DNA of 64,000 nt, taken from contig NC_086108.1 in assembly GCF_963921235.1 (NCBI RefSeq), positions 21,452,001 to 21,516,000 of the forward strand, in the 5' to 3' direction. This stretch comes from Mobula hypostoma (lineage: Eukaryota). The notes beneath the pieces were generated by a model. It was not told the origin of the DNA, did no database searches, and was given only the letters and a program-made list of their open reading frames with translations. Position 1 is the first letter of the stretch. Each line of letters starts with the position of its first letter. The position numbers were made by a program, and so were the translations under genes. Below, one piece after another: positions 49,380-61,303 of the stretch.

Positions 49380-52341
49380 TGGGAACCGGAATAACAGAGC
49401 GGAGGAAGGGGAAAACAGAAATAAATCTAAGATAGTGAGCAGTAAAGCAGGAAAGACAGGCAGGTGATGGGGCAAATTTGTAGCCATTGGGATGAGTTGC
49501 AGTGCAATAAAGTTGCAGTGAAATCAAAGCGAAAAGTATCAAATACTGGTCTTAAGGTGTTGTACTTAAATGCACGCAGCATAAGGAATAAGGTGGATGA
49601 TCTTGTCGTACAGCTACAGATTGGCAGGTATGATATTGTGGCCATCACTGAGACCTGGCTAAAGGATGCATGTCTCTGGGAGCTGAACGTCCAAGGATAC
49701 ACGGTGTATTGGAAGGATAGGAAGGTAGGCAGAGGGGGAGGCATGGCTTTATTGGTAAGAAATGATATTAAATCATTAGAAAGAGGCGATATAGGATCGG
49801 AAGGTGCAGAATCTTTATGGGTTGAGCTCAGAAATCGCAGGGGTAAAAGGACCCTGATGGCAGTTATTTATAGGCCTCCAAACAGCTGCAGGGATGTGGA
49901 CTACAAATTATAACTGGAAATAGAAAAGGCTTGTCAGAAAGGCAGTGTTATGATAATTGCGGGGGATTTTAACATGCGAGTGGATTGGGAAAATCAGGTC
50001 GGCACTGGATCTCAAGAGAGAGAATTTGTAGAATGTCTGTGAGATGGCTTTTTAGAACAGCTTGTTGTTGAGCCCACTAGGGGATCGGCTGTACTGGATT
50101 GGGTATTGTGTAATGAACCGGAGGTGATTAGAGAGATTGAGGTGAAGGAACCCTTAGGAGGCAGTGATCATAACATGATTGAGTTCACTGTGAAATTTGG
50201 AAAAGAGAAGTCGAAATTTGATGTGTCGGTATTTCAGTGGAGTAAGGGAAATTACAGTGGCGTGAGAGAGGAACTGGCCAAAGTTGACTGGAAAGGGACA
50301 CTGGCGGGAAAGACAGCAGAGCAGCAGTGGCTGGAGTTTATGCGAGAAATGAGTAAAGTGCAAGACAGGTATATTCCAAAAAAGAAGAAATTTTTGAGTG
50401 GAATAAGGATGCAACCATGGTTGACAAGAGAAGTCAAAGCCAAAGTTAAAGCAAAGGAGAGGGCATACAAGGAAGCAAAAATTAGTGGGAAGACAGAGGA
50501 TTGGGAAGTTTTTAAAACCTTACAAAAGGAAACCAAGAAGGTCATTAAGAGGGAAAAGATTAACTATGAAAGGAAGCTAGCAAATAATATCAAAGAGGAT
50601 ACTAAAAGCTTTTTCAAGTATATAAAGTGTAAAAGACAGGTGAGAGTAGATATAAGACCGATAGAAAATGATGCTGGAGAAATTGTAATGGGAGATAAGG
50701 AGATGGCAGAGGAACTGAACGAGTATTTTGCATCAGTCTTCACTGAGGAAGACATCAGCAATATACCAGACACTCAAGGGTGGCAGGGAAGAGAAGTGTG
50801 CGCAGTCACAATGATGACAGAGAAAGTACTCAGGAAGCTGAATCGTCTAAAGATAGATAAATCTCCTGGACCAGATGGAATGCACCCGCGTGTTCTGAAG
50901 GAAGTAGCTGTGGAGATTGCGGAGGCATTAGCGATGATCTTTCAAAAGTCGATAGATCCTGGCATGGTTCCAGAGGACTGGAAGATTGCAAATGTCACTC
51001 CGCTATTTAAGAAGGGGGCAAGGAAGCAAAAAGGAAATTATAGACCTGTTAGCTTGACATCGGTGGTTGGGAAGTTGTTGGAGTCGATTGTCAAGGATGA
51101 GGTTACAGAGTACCTGGAGGCATATGACAAGATAGGCAGAACTCAGCATGGATTCCTTAAAGGAAAATCCTGCCTGACAAACCTATTACAATTTTTTGAG
51201 GAAATTACCAGTAGGCTAGACAAGGGAGATGCAGTGGATGTTGTATATTTGGATTTTCAGAAGGCCTTTGACAAGGTGCCACACATGAGGCTACTTAACA
51301 AGATAAGAGCCCATGAAATTACAGGAAAGTTACATACGGGGATAGAGCGTTGGCTGATTGGCAGGAAACAGAGAGTGGGAATAAAGGGATCCTATTCTGG
51401 TTGGCTGCCGGTTACCAGTGTGTTCCACAGGGGTCCGTGTTGGGGCTGCTTCTTTTTACATTGTACATCAACAATTTGGATTATGGAATAGATGGCTTTG
51501 TGGCTAAGTTTGCTGACGATACGAAGATAGGTGGAGGGGCTGGTAGTGCTGAGGAAACGGAGAGTCTGTAGAGAGACTTGGATAGATTGGAAGAATGGGC
51601 AGAGAAGTGGCAAATGAAGTACAATGTTGGAAAGTGTATGGTTATGCACTTTGGCAGAAAAAATAAACGGGCAGACTATTATTTAAATGGGGAAAGTTCT
51701 GAGATGCAACGGGACTTGGGAGTCCTCGTACAGGATACCCTTAAAGTAAACCTCCGGGTTGAGTCATCAGTGAAGAAGGCGAATGCAATGTTGGTTCATT
51801 CACTTCTAGAGGAATAGAGTACAGGAGCAGGGATGTGATGTTGAGGCTCTATAAGGCGCTGGTGAGACCTCACTTGGAGTACTGTGGGCAGTTTTGGTCT
51901 CCTTATTTAAGAAAGGATGTGCTGACATTGGAGAGGGTACAGAGAAGATTCACAAGAATGATTCCGGGAATGAGAGGGTTAACATATGAGGAACATTTGT
52001 CCGCTCTTGGACTGTATTCCTTGGAGTTTAGAAGAATGAGGGGAGACCTCATAGAAACATTTTGAATGTTGAAAGGCATGGACAGAGAGGGTGTGTCAAA
52101 GTTGTTTCCCATGATGGGGGAGTCTAGTACGAGAGGGCATGACTTAAGGATTGAAGGGCGCCCATTCAGAACAGAAATGCGAAGAAATTTTTTTAGTCAG
52201 AGGGTGGTGAATCTATGGAATTTGTTGCCACAGGCAGCAGTGGAGGCCAAGTCATTGAGTGTATTTAAGGCAGAGATTGATAGGTATCTGAGTAGCCAGG
52301 GCATCAAAGGTTATGGTGAGAAGGCAGGGGAGTGGGACTAA
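49380..52341 (+). pseudogene. CR1 ORF2p (APE + RT), disrupted
   Basis: LYLNARSIRNK, ITETWL, IYRPPN, KSPGPDG, YLDFQKAFDKVPH, KFADD. Broken into at least six ORF pieces by stops and frameshifts. Confidence 0.9.
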
Positions 52342-52804
52342 GTGGGAGAATGGATCAGCTCATGATAAAATGGCGGAGCAGACTCGATGGTCCGAATGGC
52401 CGACTTCTGCTCCTTTGTCTTGTGGTCTTGTGGTCTAAACATGGATCTGCAGGCTTTGGAAAGAGGCCAACAACTTCAGACAGTAACTTTTGAAGAACTT
52501 ATTTGGTTGGGCTCTAGGGCTTTTGAAGAGTCACATATTTGGAATGTAGATCAGTGACACTACTCATAAGAAGAGTTTGTGGACCTGACCAGACAGTGTT
52601 TGATGATATGTAAACATACCACCTGAAGACAATTAATTTTACATTGGTCTGACATAATTTATAATCTCTGGAGGATCCAAGAATGAAGCCCAGCAGATTA
52701 TACACATGCAATCATTCAAATATTGCATCATTCAAGTAACGTTTTTTTCCACATCCCTACTTGCTTTAGAGAACATTTTTTTTTGCAGGCATGAATTTAA
52801 AGTT

Positions 52805-53420
52805 ATAGAATCATACAAGCACAAAAACAGGCCCTTTAGCTGACCAAGTCTGTTTGGACCACCCAGCACCTATTTATGGTAAGTAATTCTACACAAATCG
52901 CATTTTATTCATCCTATGTTCCAAATAACTCTCCCCCCACCCCCTCAATTCTACTCTTCACATATTTAAAGGCATCCGTTAGTCTTGTGAGACCGTGGAT
53001 CTACGCCTGGAAAGTCTTCACTATCCAGGGCGCAGGCCTGGGCAAGGTTGTATGGAAGACCGGCAGTTGCCCATGCTGCAAGTCTCCTCTCTCCACGACA
53101 CCGATGTTGTCTAAGGGAAGAGCAAGGGCCAATACAGCTTGGCACCAGTGTCGTCGCAGAGCACTGTGTAGTTAAGTGGCTTGCTCAAGGACACAACACG
53201 CTGCCTCGGCTGGGGCTCGAACTCACGATATTCAGATCGCTAGTCCAATGCCTTAATCACTTGGCCACAAGCCCACCTATTCACCTATATACACTCAGTT
53301 ATTTATAATGGCAAAATAACGCATCAACCTAATTTTTAGGATGCAGGAGGAAAGTGGAGCATTGTAGAGTAAACATACGTGATCATAGCAAGAATATGCT
53401 ATCCACACACACAGCACCAG
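52805..53420 (-). mobile_element. Degraded V-SINE/HE1-like SINE with a nested CORE-type SINE
   Basis: Reverse V-domain (ggaggaaagtggagcattgtagagtaaacatacgtg...tccacacacacagcacc) and reverse LINE-like tail (atagaatcatacaagcacaaaaacaggccct). Confidence 0.55.
52968..53276 (-). mobile_element. tRNA-derived CORE-type SINE (second copy)
   Basis: Reverse complement of 11009-11326 along its length (ggcatccgttagtcttg ... gctcaaggacacaacac ... cacttggccac). Confidence 0.85.
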
Positions 53421-53725
53421 AATCAGGTTTAACATCACCAGTGTATGTCATGAAATTTGTTCACTTTGCAGTAGCACTACAATGTAATACTGTGAATTAC
53501 AGTTAATATATATATGTGCCTTCACACTTCTGTTCATCCTTCCTGATGGTAACGATCAGGCAAGACCTGGGTGATGGGGGCCCTTAATGATGGACACGCC
53601 TTTTTGAGGCATCGTACCTTGAAACTGTCCTGGATACTATGGAGGCCAGTGCTCATAATGGAGCTAAGTTTACATCTCTCTGCAGCTTTCTTCGATCCTG
53701 TGCAGTAGCATCCCCACCCCATGAT
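53420..53725 (-). mobile_element. Rex1/Babar-type LINE 3' fragment
   Basis: Reverse 3' tail agaatcaggtttaacatcacc...gaaatttgtt and an RCLKKA region. Confidence 0.55.
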
Positions 53726-54159
53726 GAGGCAGTCGGAATTAAAACTGGGTTGCTAGAGATTTGAGGCAGAGTTTAACAATCCTTCAAGATATTTGATCCC
53801 AATCAATCAGATCCTGTTGCAAGGATAATCTGCATTTACAAAGTACTATAATATTGAAAAAAACCTCAACAAGTCTGAGTAAAGTCTGAATAATCAAAAA
53901 GAACTCCAAGTCAAAAGTAGAATTTAGGATGGATGATAAAATCCTTGGTCAATGAAGATAGTTTTAACAGAGGTCCATTATAAAGAGAAGAGGTGAGCAA
54001 ACAAGATGTAAATATAGAAAGAATTTCAGAATCTGTAAGCCAAACGAATCAGAATCACAATCAGGTTTATTATCACTATCACGAAATTTGTTGTTTCATG
54101 GCACCAGTACAGTGCAAGACATTAAAAAACAACTGTAAGTTACAAAAATAAATAGATAA

Positions 54160-57100
54160 TAGAACAGTACAGCACAGGAACAAGGCATTTGGCCTAGAAT
54201 ATTGTGCTGAACCAGCTAAAAAGCACATCAAAAACACCCAAACACTAATCCCTCCTACCTACACCATGTCCATATCCTTCCATCTTCCTTACATCCATGT
54301 GCTTATCCAAACGTCTCTTAAAAGCATCTAATGTATTTATCAAGCAGCAGATTCCAGGCATCCATGACTCTCTGAGCAAAAAAACTTACCCTCACATCTC
54401 CCTTAAACCTACCCCCTTTCACCTTCAATGCAAGCTCTATGTGCAACACCTCACATCATCTGGGTCAACCATGGGAAACAGATATTCTCTGTCCACTCTA
54501 TCTATATCTCTCAATCGTATAAACCTCTGTCAGATTTCCCTTCAGCCTCTGGTGCTCCAAACAAAACAACCTAAGTTTATCCAGCCTCTCGCGACAGCAC
54601 ACGCCCTCAAAAGCAGGCAGCATTTTGGTAAAACTCCTCTGCACCCTCTCCAAAGCCTCAATGTCCTTCCTATAGTGGGGCAACCAGAACAGTATGCAAT
54701 ACTCCAGATGTGACCTAACCAGAGTTTTATAAAGTTGCAACATAACCTTGACTTTTGAACTCAGTGCCTCGACTAATAAAAGCAAGCATTCCATAAGCCT
54801 TCTTAACCACCTTATCAAATTGTGTAGCCACCTTCAAGGAGATATGAACTTCAATTCCAAGATCTCTCTCATCAGCAACACTGTTAAGGATTGTGCCCTT
54901 AACACTGTACTGTCTCCTTGCATTTTCCCTATCAAGGTGCAACACCTCACGTTTATCTAGGTTAAACTCCATCTGCCATTTCTCTGCCCATATCTGTAAC
55001 TGATCTATATTGTGCTGTATTCTATGCCAGTTTACACGATCCACAACTCCACCAATCTTGGAATCATCTCCAAACTTACTAACCCACCCATCTATATTTT
55101 CATCCAGGTCATTTACAAACGTTGATATATACATTACCAACAACAGAGGTCCCAGCACGGATCCCTGTGGAACACTAATTACAGACCTCCAGCTCAAATA
55201 AGTTCCTTCAGCCTCTACACTCTGTCTTCTATGTGCAAGCCAGTTCTGAATCCAAACAACCAATCTGCTGTGGACTTGCATCTTAACCTTCTGGATTACT
55301 CTCCAATGAGGGACTTTGTAAATGCCTTACTAAAATACACGTAAACAACATCCACTGCCCTAGCCTCATCAATCTCTTGTCACCTTGTCAAAAAACTCAA
55401 TCAAGACATGCCACACACAAAGCCAAGCTGGCTTTCCCTAATTAAGCCTTGAGTTTCCAAATGCTCATATATCCTATCTCTAAGAATTTTCTCCAGCAGT
55501 TTCCCTACAACTGACATGAGACTCATTGGTTTATAGTTCCTAGGATTTTCCCTTTTTCCCTTCTTAAATAGAAGAGGAACATATAGCCACTTGCCAGTCC
55601 TCTGAGATCTTGCCTGTGGCTGGAGAGGACATGAAGATACTGGCCAAGGGCCCTGCAATCTTGTCTCTTGCCTCCTTCAATAACCTGTGGTAAATCCCAT
55701 CAAGCCCTGAGGACTTATCTACCTTAATCTAATGCTTCCAACACTTCCTCCTCCTTGCCCTCTAAATAGCCTAACATTCTGATATATTCAGCACTGATTT
55801 CCTGGTCCTCCATATCCTTTTCCTTGGTAAAAACTGAAGCAAAATACTCATTAAGTACCTCACTCACATCCTCTGCATCCAAACAAATGTTCCTTCCCCC
55901 CATCCTTGTGATTTCACCCTCTCCCTAATTATTCTCTTGCTCTTGATGTATGTTCAGAAAACCTTGGCATTCACCTTAATTCTTCTTGCAAGGTCTTTTC
56001 ATGGCCCCTCTTGACTTTCCTAATTCCCTTCTTTAGTTCTTTTCTGGCTTCTTTATACTCATGTGCCTCGTTTGATCCTAACTTCCGAAGATTTACATAC
56101 TTTTTCTTCTTGACTAAATTCATCACCTCTCTGGACATCCAAGGTTCACCTACCTTTCTAGCCCTGTCTTTCCTTTTAACAGGAACATAACTTTCATGTA
56201 CTATGCAATTGATCTTTAAACACCATCCAAATGTCTGATGTAGACTTGCCAGAGAAAAGGGGCTCCCAATTAGTTCCTGCCTAATTCCTCTCTTAATTAC
56301 CCTACTCCAATTTAAGACTCGACTGCAAGGGCCATATCTATCTTATCTATAGTTATCTTGAAAGTTAAGGAGTTGTAGTCACTGTTCCTACCTGTTCACC
56401 CACTGAAAGGTTAGTCACCCGGCCAGGCTCATTCACATATTGATTTAACAAACCTTCCTGGATCTACTTAACAAATACTGCCCCATCTAAACCCCTTGCA
56501 CTGAGGAGGACCCAGTTTTTATTAGGAAAGTTGAAATCCCCCATGACAACAGCCTCTTTTTTTTTTAAACACCTATTTCCTGAATCTGAAGACATATCTG
56601 TTTCCTTAATGACCCGGTGGCTATTGGGAGATCTGTAGTACAATCCTGTCAGTGTGATTGAACTCTTCCTATTTCTGTTCTCTCCATTATGACTCCCCTG
56701 AGCACAGCTGTGATACTGTCCCTGATTAGTAGTACAACTCCCCCCCACCTCTTTTACCTCCTCCTCTATATTTTCTAAAACTTCAAAAGACCTGGTACAT
56801 TAATCAACCACCCTGCCTCTCTCTCAACCCAAGTTTCAGTAATGGCTGCAACATTGTACTGATCCATGCTCCAAATTCATCACTCTTACCCATAATACAC
56901 TTAGTATTAAAATATACAAACTTCGAACTATCCAACCCATCATACTTGTTATTTTGATTTTGCCTTTTAATACATTCCCTGACTTCTACCTTCTGGTCCG
57001 ATCCTACCCTTACTGACCTGGTGCTCCTGTTCCCAGCTGCCTGCAAAACCAGTTTAAACTCTCCTTGAGTAGCACCAGCAAACCTCCTGGACAAGATATT

Positions 57101-57262
57101 GGTTCTCCTCCAATTCAGGTTCCACCCATCCCTCTTGTACAGGTTGCCCCTTCCCCAGAAAAGGTTCCAATGATCCAAGGACTTGAAACCTTGCTCCCTG
57201 CACCATCTCCTTCGCCACACATTCATCCATGTTATCACCCCACTCCTACCTGCACTAGCCCA
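54160..57262 (-). mobile_element. Degraded CR1 LINE (end of ORF1 through 3' UTR) inserted in a Rex1-type tail
   Basis: Minus-strand WCREQGFKSLDHWNLFWGR (ORF1), VMGDFNFPN (APE), NYKPMSLMSVVGKLLE, VPQGSVLGPLL, KFGDD. Rex1-type sequence flanks both sides (54047-54159, 57263-57685). Confidence 0.85.
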
Positions 57263-58151
57263 AAACAGAAATAGCGAGATAGTAGTCATTAATTCATTTA
57301 CTATTTCAAAATCTGATCATAGACAGGAGAGGTTGTTCATAAAACATTGTGTGTGGGTCTTCAGGCTCCTGTACCGGGTGGTGAGGATCCTTAATGATTG
57401 ATGCTGCCTCTTGAAGGTGACCTTAATGGTTGAAATGTATGCCTGTCTTTGAGCTGGTTGTGCCTACAACACTCTTCAGCCTTTTTCAATCCTGCACATT
57501 GTGATATAACCAATCAGAATGTTCTGCACCATGCATCTATACAAATCTACTAGAGTCTTTATTGACAATACCATATCTCCCCAAACTCCTAATGAAGAAC
57601 AGCTGCTGGCATGCCTTCTTCATGAAGGCATCAGTGTGTTGAGTCCAGGAGTGATTTTCTGACAAATTGATACACAGGAACTTTGCAAATGGTGCAGAAT
57701 GGAGACCAGAAGTTACTCTCACATTTCAGACCTATACAGAAACCTTGTCAACAGTTACGTGAAATTCAATGGGAATTTACACTAAATGTAAGCAGAAAGC
57801 TTCAGTCAGTACTTGAACACAAAGACATGTGGGAACAAACTGAATCGGTGCTCCATTAAACCAGAAGAAAATGATTCATTGAATCATTATTGACAGTGTG
57901 CCACAAATCCTGAATAGTACTGCTACCTATTGCAGCAGAAAAGTGTCAGATACAGAGATGATGTATCTTCTTCCCAACAAATGCTCTATTAATGGTGTTG
58001 CAAATCTCCATACACATTAACTCAAATTAAAGATAAATATATCTACTCTTATTTTCAGCAAACTAAGGAATACTAGACCATCTATAATGTGATTTGTCAA
58101 TGTCTTGGATCTCAGACTTACCCAATCATTTTATGCATGATATGCCTTTCC

Positions 58152-59082
58152 ACAGTTCCACCCCTCTGACTCTCAACACAGCAGCCCCTCAGGGCTGTGT
58201 ACTAAGTCCCCTCCTTTACTTCTTGTTACCCATGACTGTGTCGCCACCCACAGCTCCAATCTGCTAATTAAATTTGCTGACAACACTACGTTGATTGACC
58301 TAATCTCAAACAAGGTGGCCTACAGGGAAGAAGTCACCTTTCTGACACAGTGGTGTCAAGAAAACAACCTTTCCCTAAATGTCACAAAAACAAAGGAGCT
58401 GGTTGTGGATTACAGGAGGAATGGAGACAGGCTAACAGCAATGGATCTGGGATTCAGACGGTAAACAACTTTAAGTTCCTCAGCATCCACATCTCCGAGG
58501 ACCTCACGTGGTCTGTACATACCAGCTGAGTAGTGAAAAAGGCACAACAGTACCTCTTTCACCTCAGATGGCTGAGGAGGTTTGCTATGGGCCCCCAAAT
58601 CCTAAGAACTTTCTACAGGGGCACAATTGAGAGCATCCTGACTGGCTGCATCAGTGCCTGGTATGGGACTGTACCTCCCGTAATCGCAGGACTCTGCAGA
58701 GTGGTGCGGACAGCCCAGCGCATCTGTAGTTGTGAACTTCCCATGATTCAAGATATTTACAAAGATAGGTGTGAGAAAAGGGCCCGAAGGATCACTGGGG
58801 ACCCAAATCACCCCACCAACAATTTATTCCAGCTGCTACCATCAGGGAAACTGTACCTCAGCATAAAAGCCAGGACCAACAAGCTCTGGGACAGCTTCTT
58901 CCACCAGGCCATCAGACTGATTAACTGATGCTGATTTGAGTGTATTTTTGTGTTACATTGTCTATTCTATTTATTCTAAATTATAATAAATTACTATGAT
59001 TGCACATTTAGACAAAGACGTAAAGATTTTTACTCCTCATGTATGTGAAGGATCTAAGAAATAAAGTCAATTCAGTTCAATT
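58152..59082 (+). mobile_element. 5'-truncated Rex1/Babar-type LINE
   Basis: APQGCVLSPLL, KFAD.TT, KKAQQYLFHLR, TIESILTGCISAWYG, LFQLLPSGK, SFFHQAIRLIN, and tail aataaagtcaattcagttcaatt. Confidence 0.85.
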
Positions 59083-59199
59083 ACATGTGATGTGATTTAA
59101 AAAAAAGTAAACAGGGATTATAAAAGTGGTTCTATGTTGATGAGCATGATCAGGAGTTGATCTACTGACGATTTCAGAATTTTTCTTCCAATGAGATAT

Positions 59200-59684
59200 T
59201 CACATCATGCTTGTTCGTCCATCGTTGACGTCGATGAGGACCTCGACACCATTATGATGGTGTCGAGACTAGCGCGTGATTTGGATTTAAGTGAGGGAGA
59301 GTTGCGCAGCGTCAGCCTCACTCTCTCTTCCCAATTCCCATCTGGATCCACTGGCAAGACAGAGTCTAGATGGCTGGAGATGGGTCTAGGTGCAGTGGAT
59401 GACCAGGATGTCTTCTGTGTCTTGTCCTGCTCTACACGTTCCACGATGCTTGCAGAGACCACCTTCTTGACCGTTGGACCTTCCGCTGGTCTCGTCCGCT
59501 CAATCCGCCAGAGTCTGTCTTCACATGCTGGGATAGACAACTCCCTATCTCACCGAGGGTTTCAGACCCGTCAGCTACCCTCACCTGGTTTAGCCGGCTT
59601 GTCGAAGCCGTTGCCCGGGGTGTGGCTGCTGTCGCATGCAAACAGCTACGGGGAGCCACAGGTGAGAGCTGCATGCAGTCTACT
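59200..59684 (-). mobile_element. Non-autonomous RTE-derived element (5'UTR-like joined to 3'UTR-like), CpG-rich
   Basis: gttcgtcc...gaggacc...ggatttaagtgagggagag...agcctcactctctc is RTE 3'-end-like (reverse), and the right end is RTE 5'UTR-like. TSD candidate caatgagatat (59189-59199) / caatgatatat (59685-59695). The family call is from recall only. Confidence 0.6.
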
Positions 59685-59724
59685 CAATGATATATAAATG
59701 CAGATCTTCAAGGAACAAAGAAAG

Positions 59725-60090
59725 AATACAAGAGATTCTGTAGATGCTGGAAATACAGAGAAAATGCTACAGGAACTCAGTAGGTCAGTTTGATCTGCCA
59801 GCCTCAGAGCAGTCTCATCATCAAGCACATGAGGCCATGAACCAACATGTTCAAATGGGAATCAAAAGTGGAATTAAAATAGTTGGCCACTGGGAACTCC
59901 TGCCTGTTGCAGATGGAGTGAAGGTACTCGACAAAGCAGTCAGTCCCTAATCTTTGTCAGATGTCACCAATGCAGCTTAAGTGTTGTCTCGCCTAGAAGG
60001 ACTGGTTGTTGGCCCTGAATGGTGTTCAGGGAGGTGCTTGGGTAGGTGTTACACTTGTGCTGCTTGCGGGGATAATTGCCAAGAGAGATA
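59725..60090 (-). mobile_element. Degraded PLE GIY-YIG/3' fragment
   Basis: gtggaattaaaatagttggccactggga is homologous to 6226-6254, and the PLE terminus gattctgtagatgctggaaat is present. Confidence 0.65.
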
Positions 60091-60411
60091 AGTGCAGAGG
60101 GACTAAAGGACAAGGAGGATTCTCAGATGTTCTGGAATGGAAAGAATGGTAATAAAGAGGACAATACCCCGTGCAGAATTAGACAATGCAATGGTGAACC
60201 TGCAACATTTGCAGAGGTAAGGTTACTTTTAAAAATATTCTCAGAAACATTAGCAATAAAGGGCATTGTTTCTGAATCATGTACGTCAAATCTCCTGATA
60301 AAATCTGTGATCACCATTTCAGCACTTAAGAGTACAATACAGCATCTCTTACATGCCATTACGTGCATGCGCACCGCATGCCCATGTGTGCCTGTGCTTT
60401 TGTTTTCTGTT

Positions 60412-60433
60412 TTCTCTCTCTCTCTCTCTCTCT
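60412..60433. repeat. (CT)n microsatellite / polypyrimidine tract
   Basis: tctctctctctctctctctct read directly. Confidence 0.9.
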
Positions 60434-60439
60434 GTCCAG

Positions 60440-60454
60440 CTTTTCTTGTTTAAG
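60440..60454 (+). other. Candidate 15-nt microexon of an unidentified host gene
   Basis: Long pyrimidine tract followed by ...tgtccag|CTTTTCTTGTTTAAG|gtgagc. The length is a multiple of 3, with TGCATG and several TGC motifs upstream. Confidence 0.35.
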
Positions 60455-60822
60455 GTGAGCTGCGCAGCTGTCAATCTCCATTTAGAGCACTGCTGGATCT
60501 GTCTCCTTGTCAGGACTGCTCCTATCAAGATTTGGAGAGTCCAATTTATAGAGTTTGGCATCTGGGAAATGGGGGGATAAAAAAAAGTAGAGAGAGCAGC
60601 TGGGGAGAGTTGATAGTAAAAGAATCACACTAGTTTCCACATTAAAAAACTTGTAATCTTCATGCTCTGGCCTGTGTTTTCGTATTGTGGATTTTGGCTT
60701 TTGGATTACTCCCTTGGATTTGGTTGCCCTCAATCACTTCTGTAAATACTGTGAATATTCTGCAAATAGGACCATTTGTGACTGTCCCTTTTCCTGTCAC
60801 AAACAACACACAACACTGAGGG

Positions 60823-61303
60823 AGCAACACACATAAAAGTTACTGGTGAACGCAGCAGGCCAGGCAGCATCTCTAGGAAGAGGTACAGTCGACGTTTCAG
60901 GCCGAGACCCTTCGTCAGGACTAACTGAAGGAAGAGTGAGTAAGGGATTTGAAAGTTGGAGGGGGAGGGGGAGATCCAAAATGATAGGAGAAGACAGGAG
61001 GGGGAGGGATGGAACCAAGAGCTGGACAGGTGATAGGCAAAAGGGATACGAGAGGATCATGGGACAGGAGGTCCGGGAAGAAAGACAAGGTGGGGCGGGG
61101 GGGACCCAGAGGATGGGCAAGGAGTATATTCAGAGGGACAGAGGGAGAAAAAGGAGAGTGAGAGAAAGAATGTGTGTATAAAAATAAGTAACAGATGGGG
61201 TACGAGGGGGCGGTGGGGCATTAGCGGAAGTTAGAGAAGTCGATGTTCATGCCATCAGGTTGGAGGCTACCCAGACGGAATATAAGGTGTTGTTCCTCCA
61301 ACC
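60823..61303 (-). mobile_element. 5'-truncated PLE (young subfamily)
   Basis: Nearly identical to 27433-27910, and includes the GIY-YIG end LEEQHLIFRLGSLQPDGMNIDFSNFR. Confidence 0.9.
60887..60922 (-). ncRNA. Minimal type-I hammerhead ribozyme motif
   Basis: agtcgacgtttcaggccgagacccttcgtcaggact is the reverse complement of the intact motif at 31567-31602. Confidence 0.8.

Larger units (their letters stand above)
47980..52437 (+). mobile_element. Near full-length CR1 LINE (CpG-rich 5' UTR, ORF1, disrupted ORF2, 3' UTR)
   Basis: 5' UTR at about 48000-48439, ORF1 at 48440-49366, ORF2 fragments at 49464-52341, and tail (tgtggtct)n ending 52437. The 5' boundary is approximate. Confidence 0.92.

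Noticed and set aside
59191..59697. 168-aa plus-strand and 111-aa minus-strand ORFs
   Set aside because: They coincide with a GC-rich repeat that is naturally poor in stop codons, and they contain no protein motifs.
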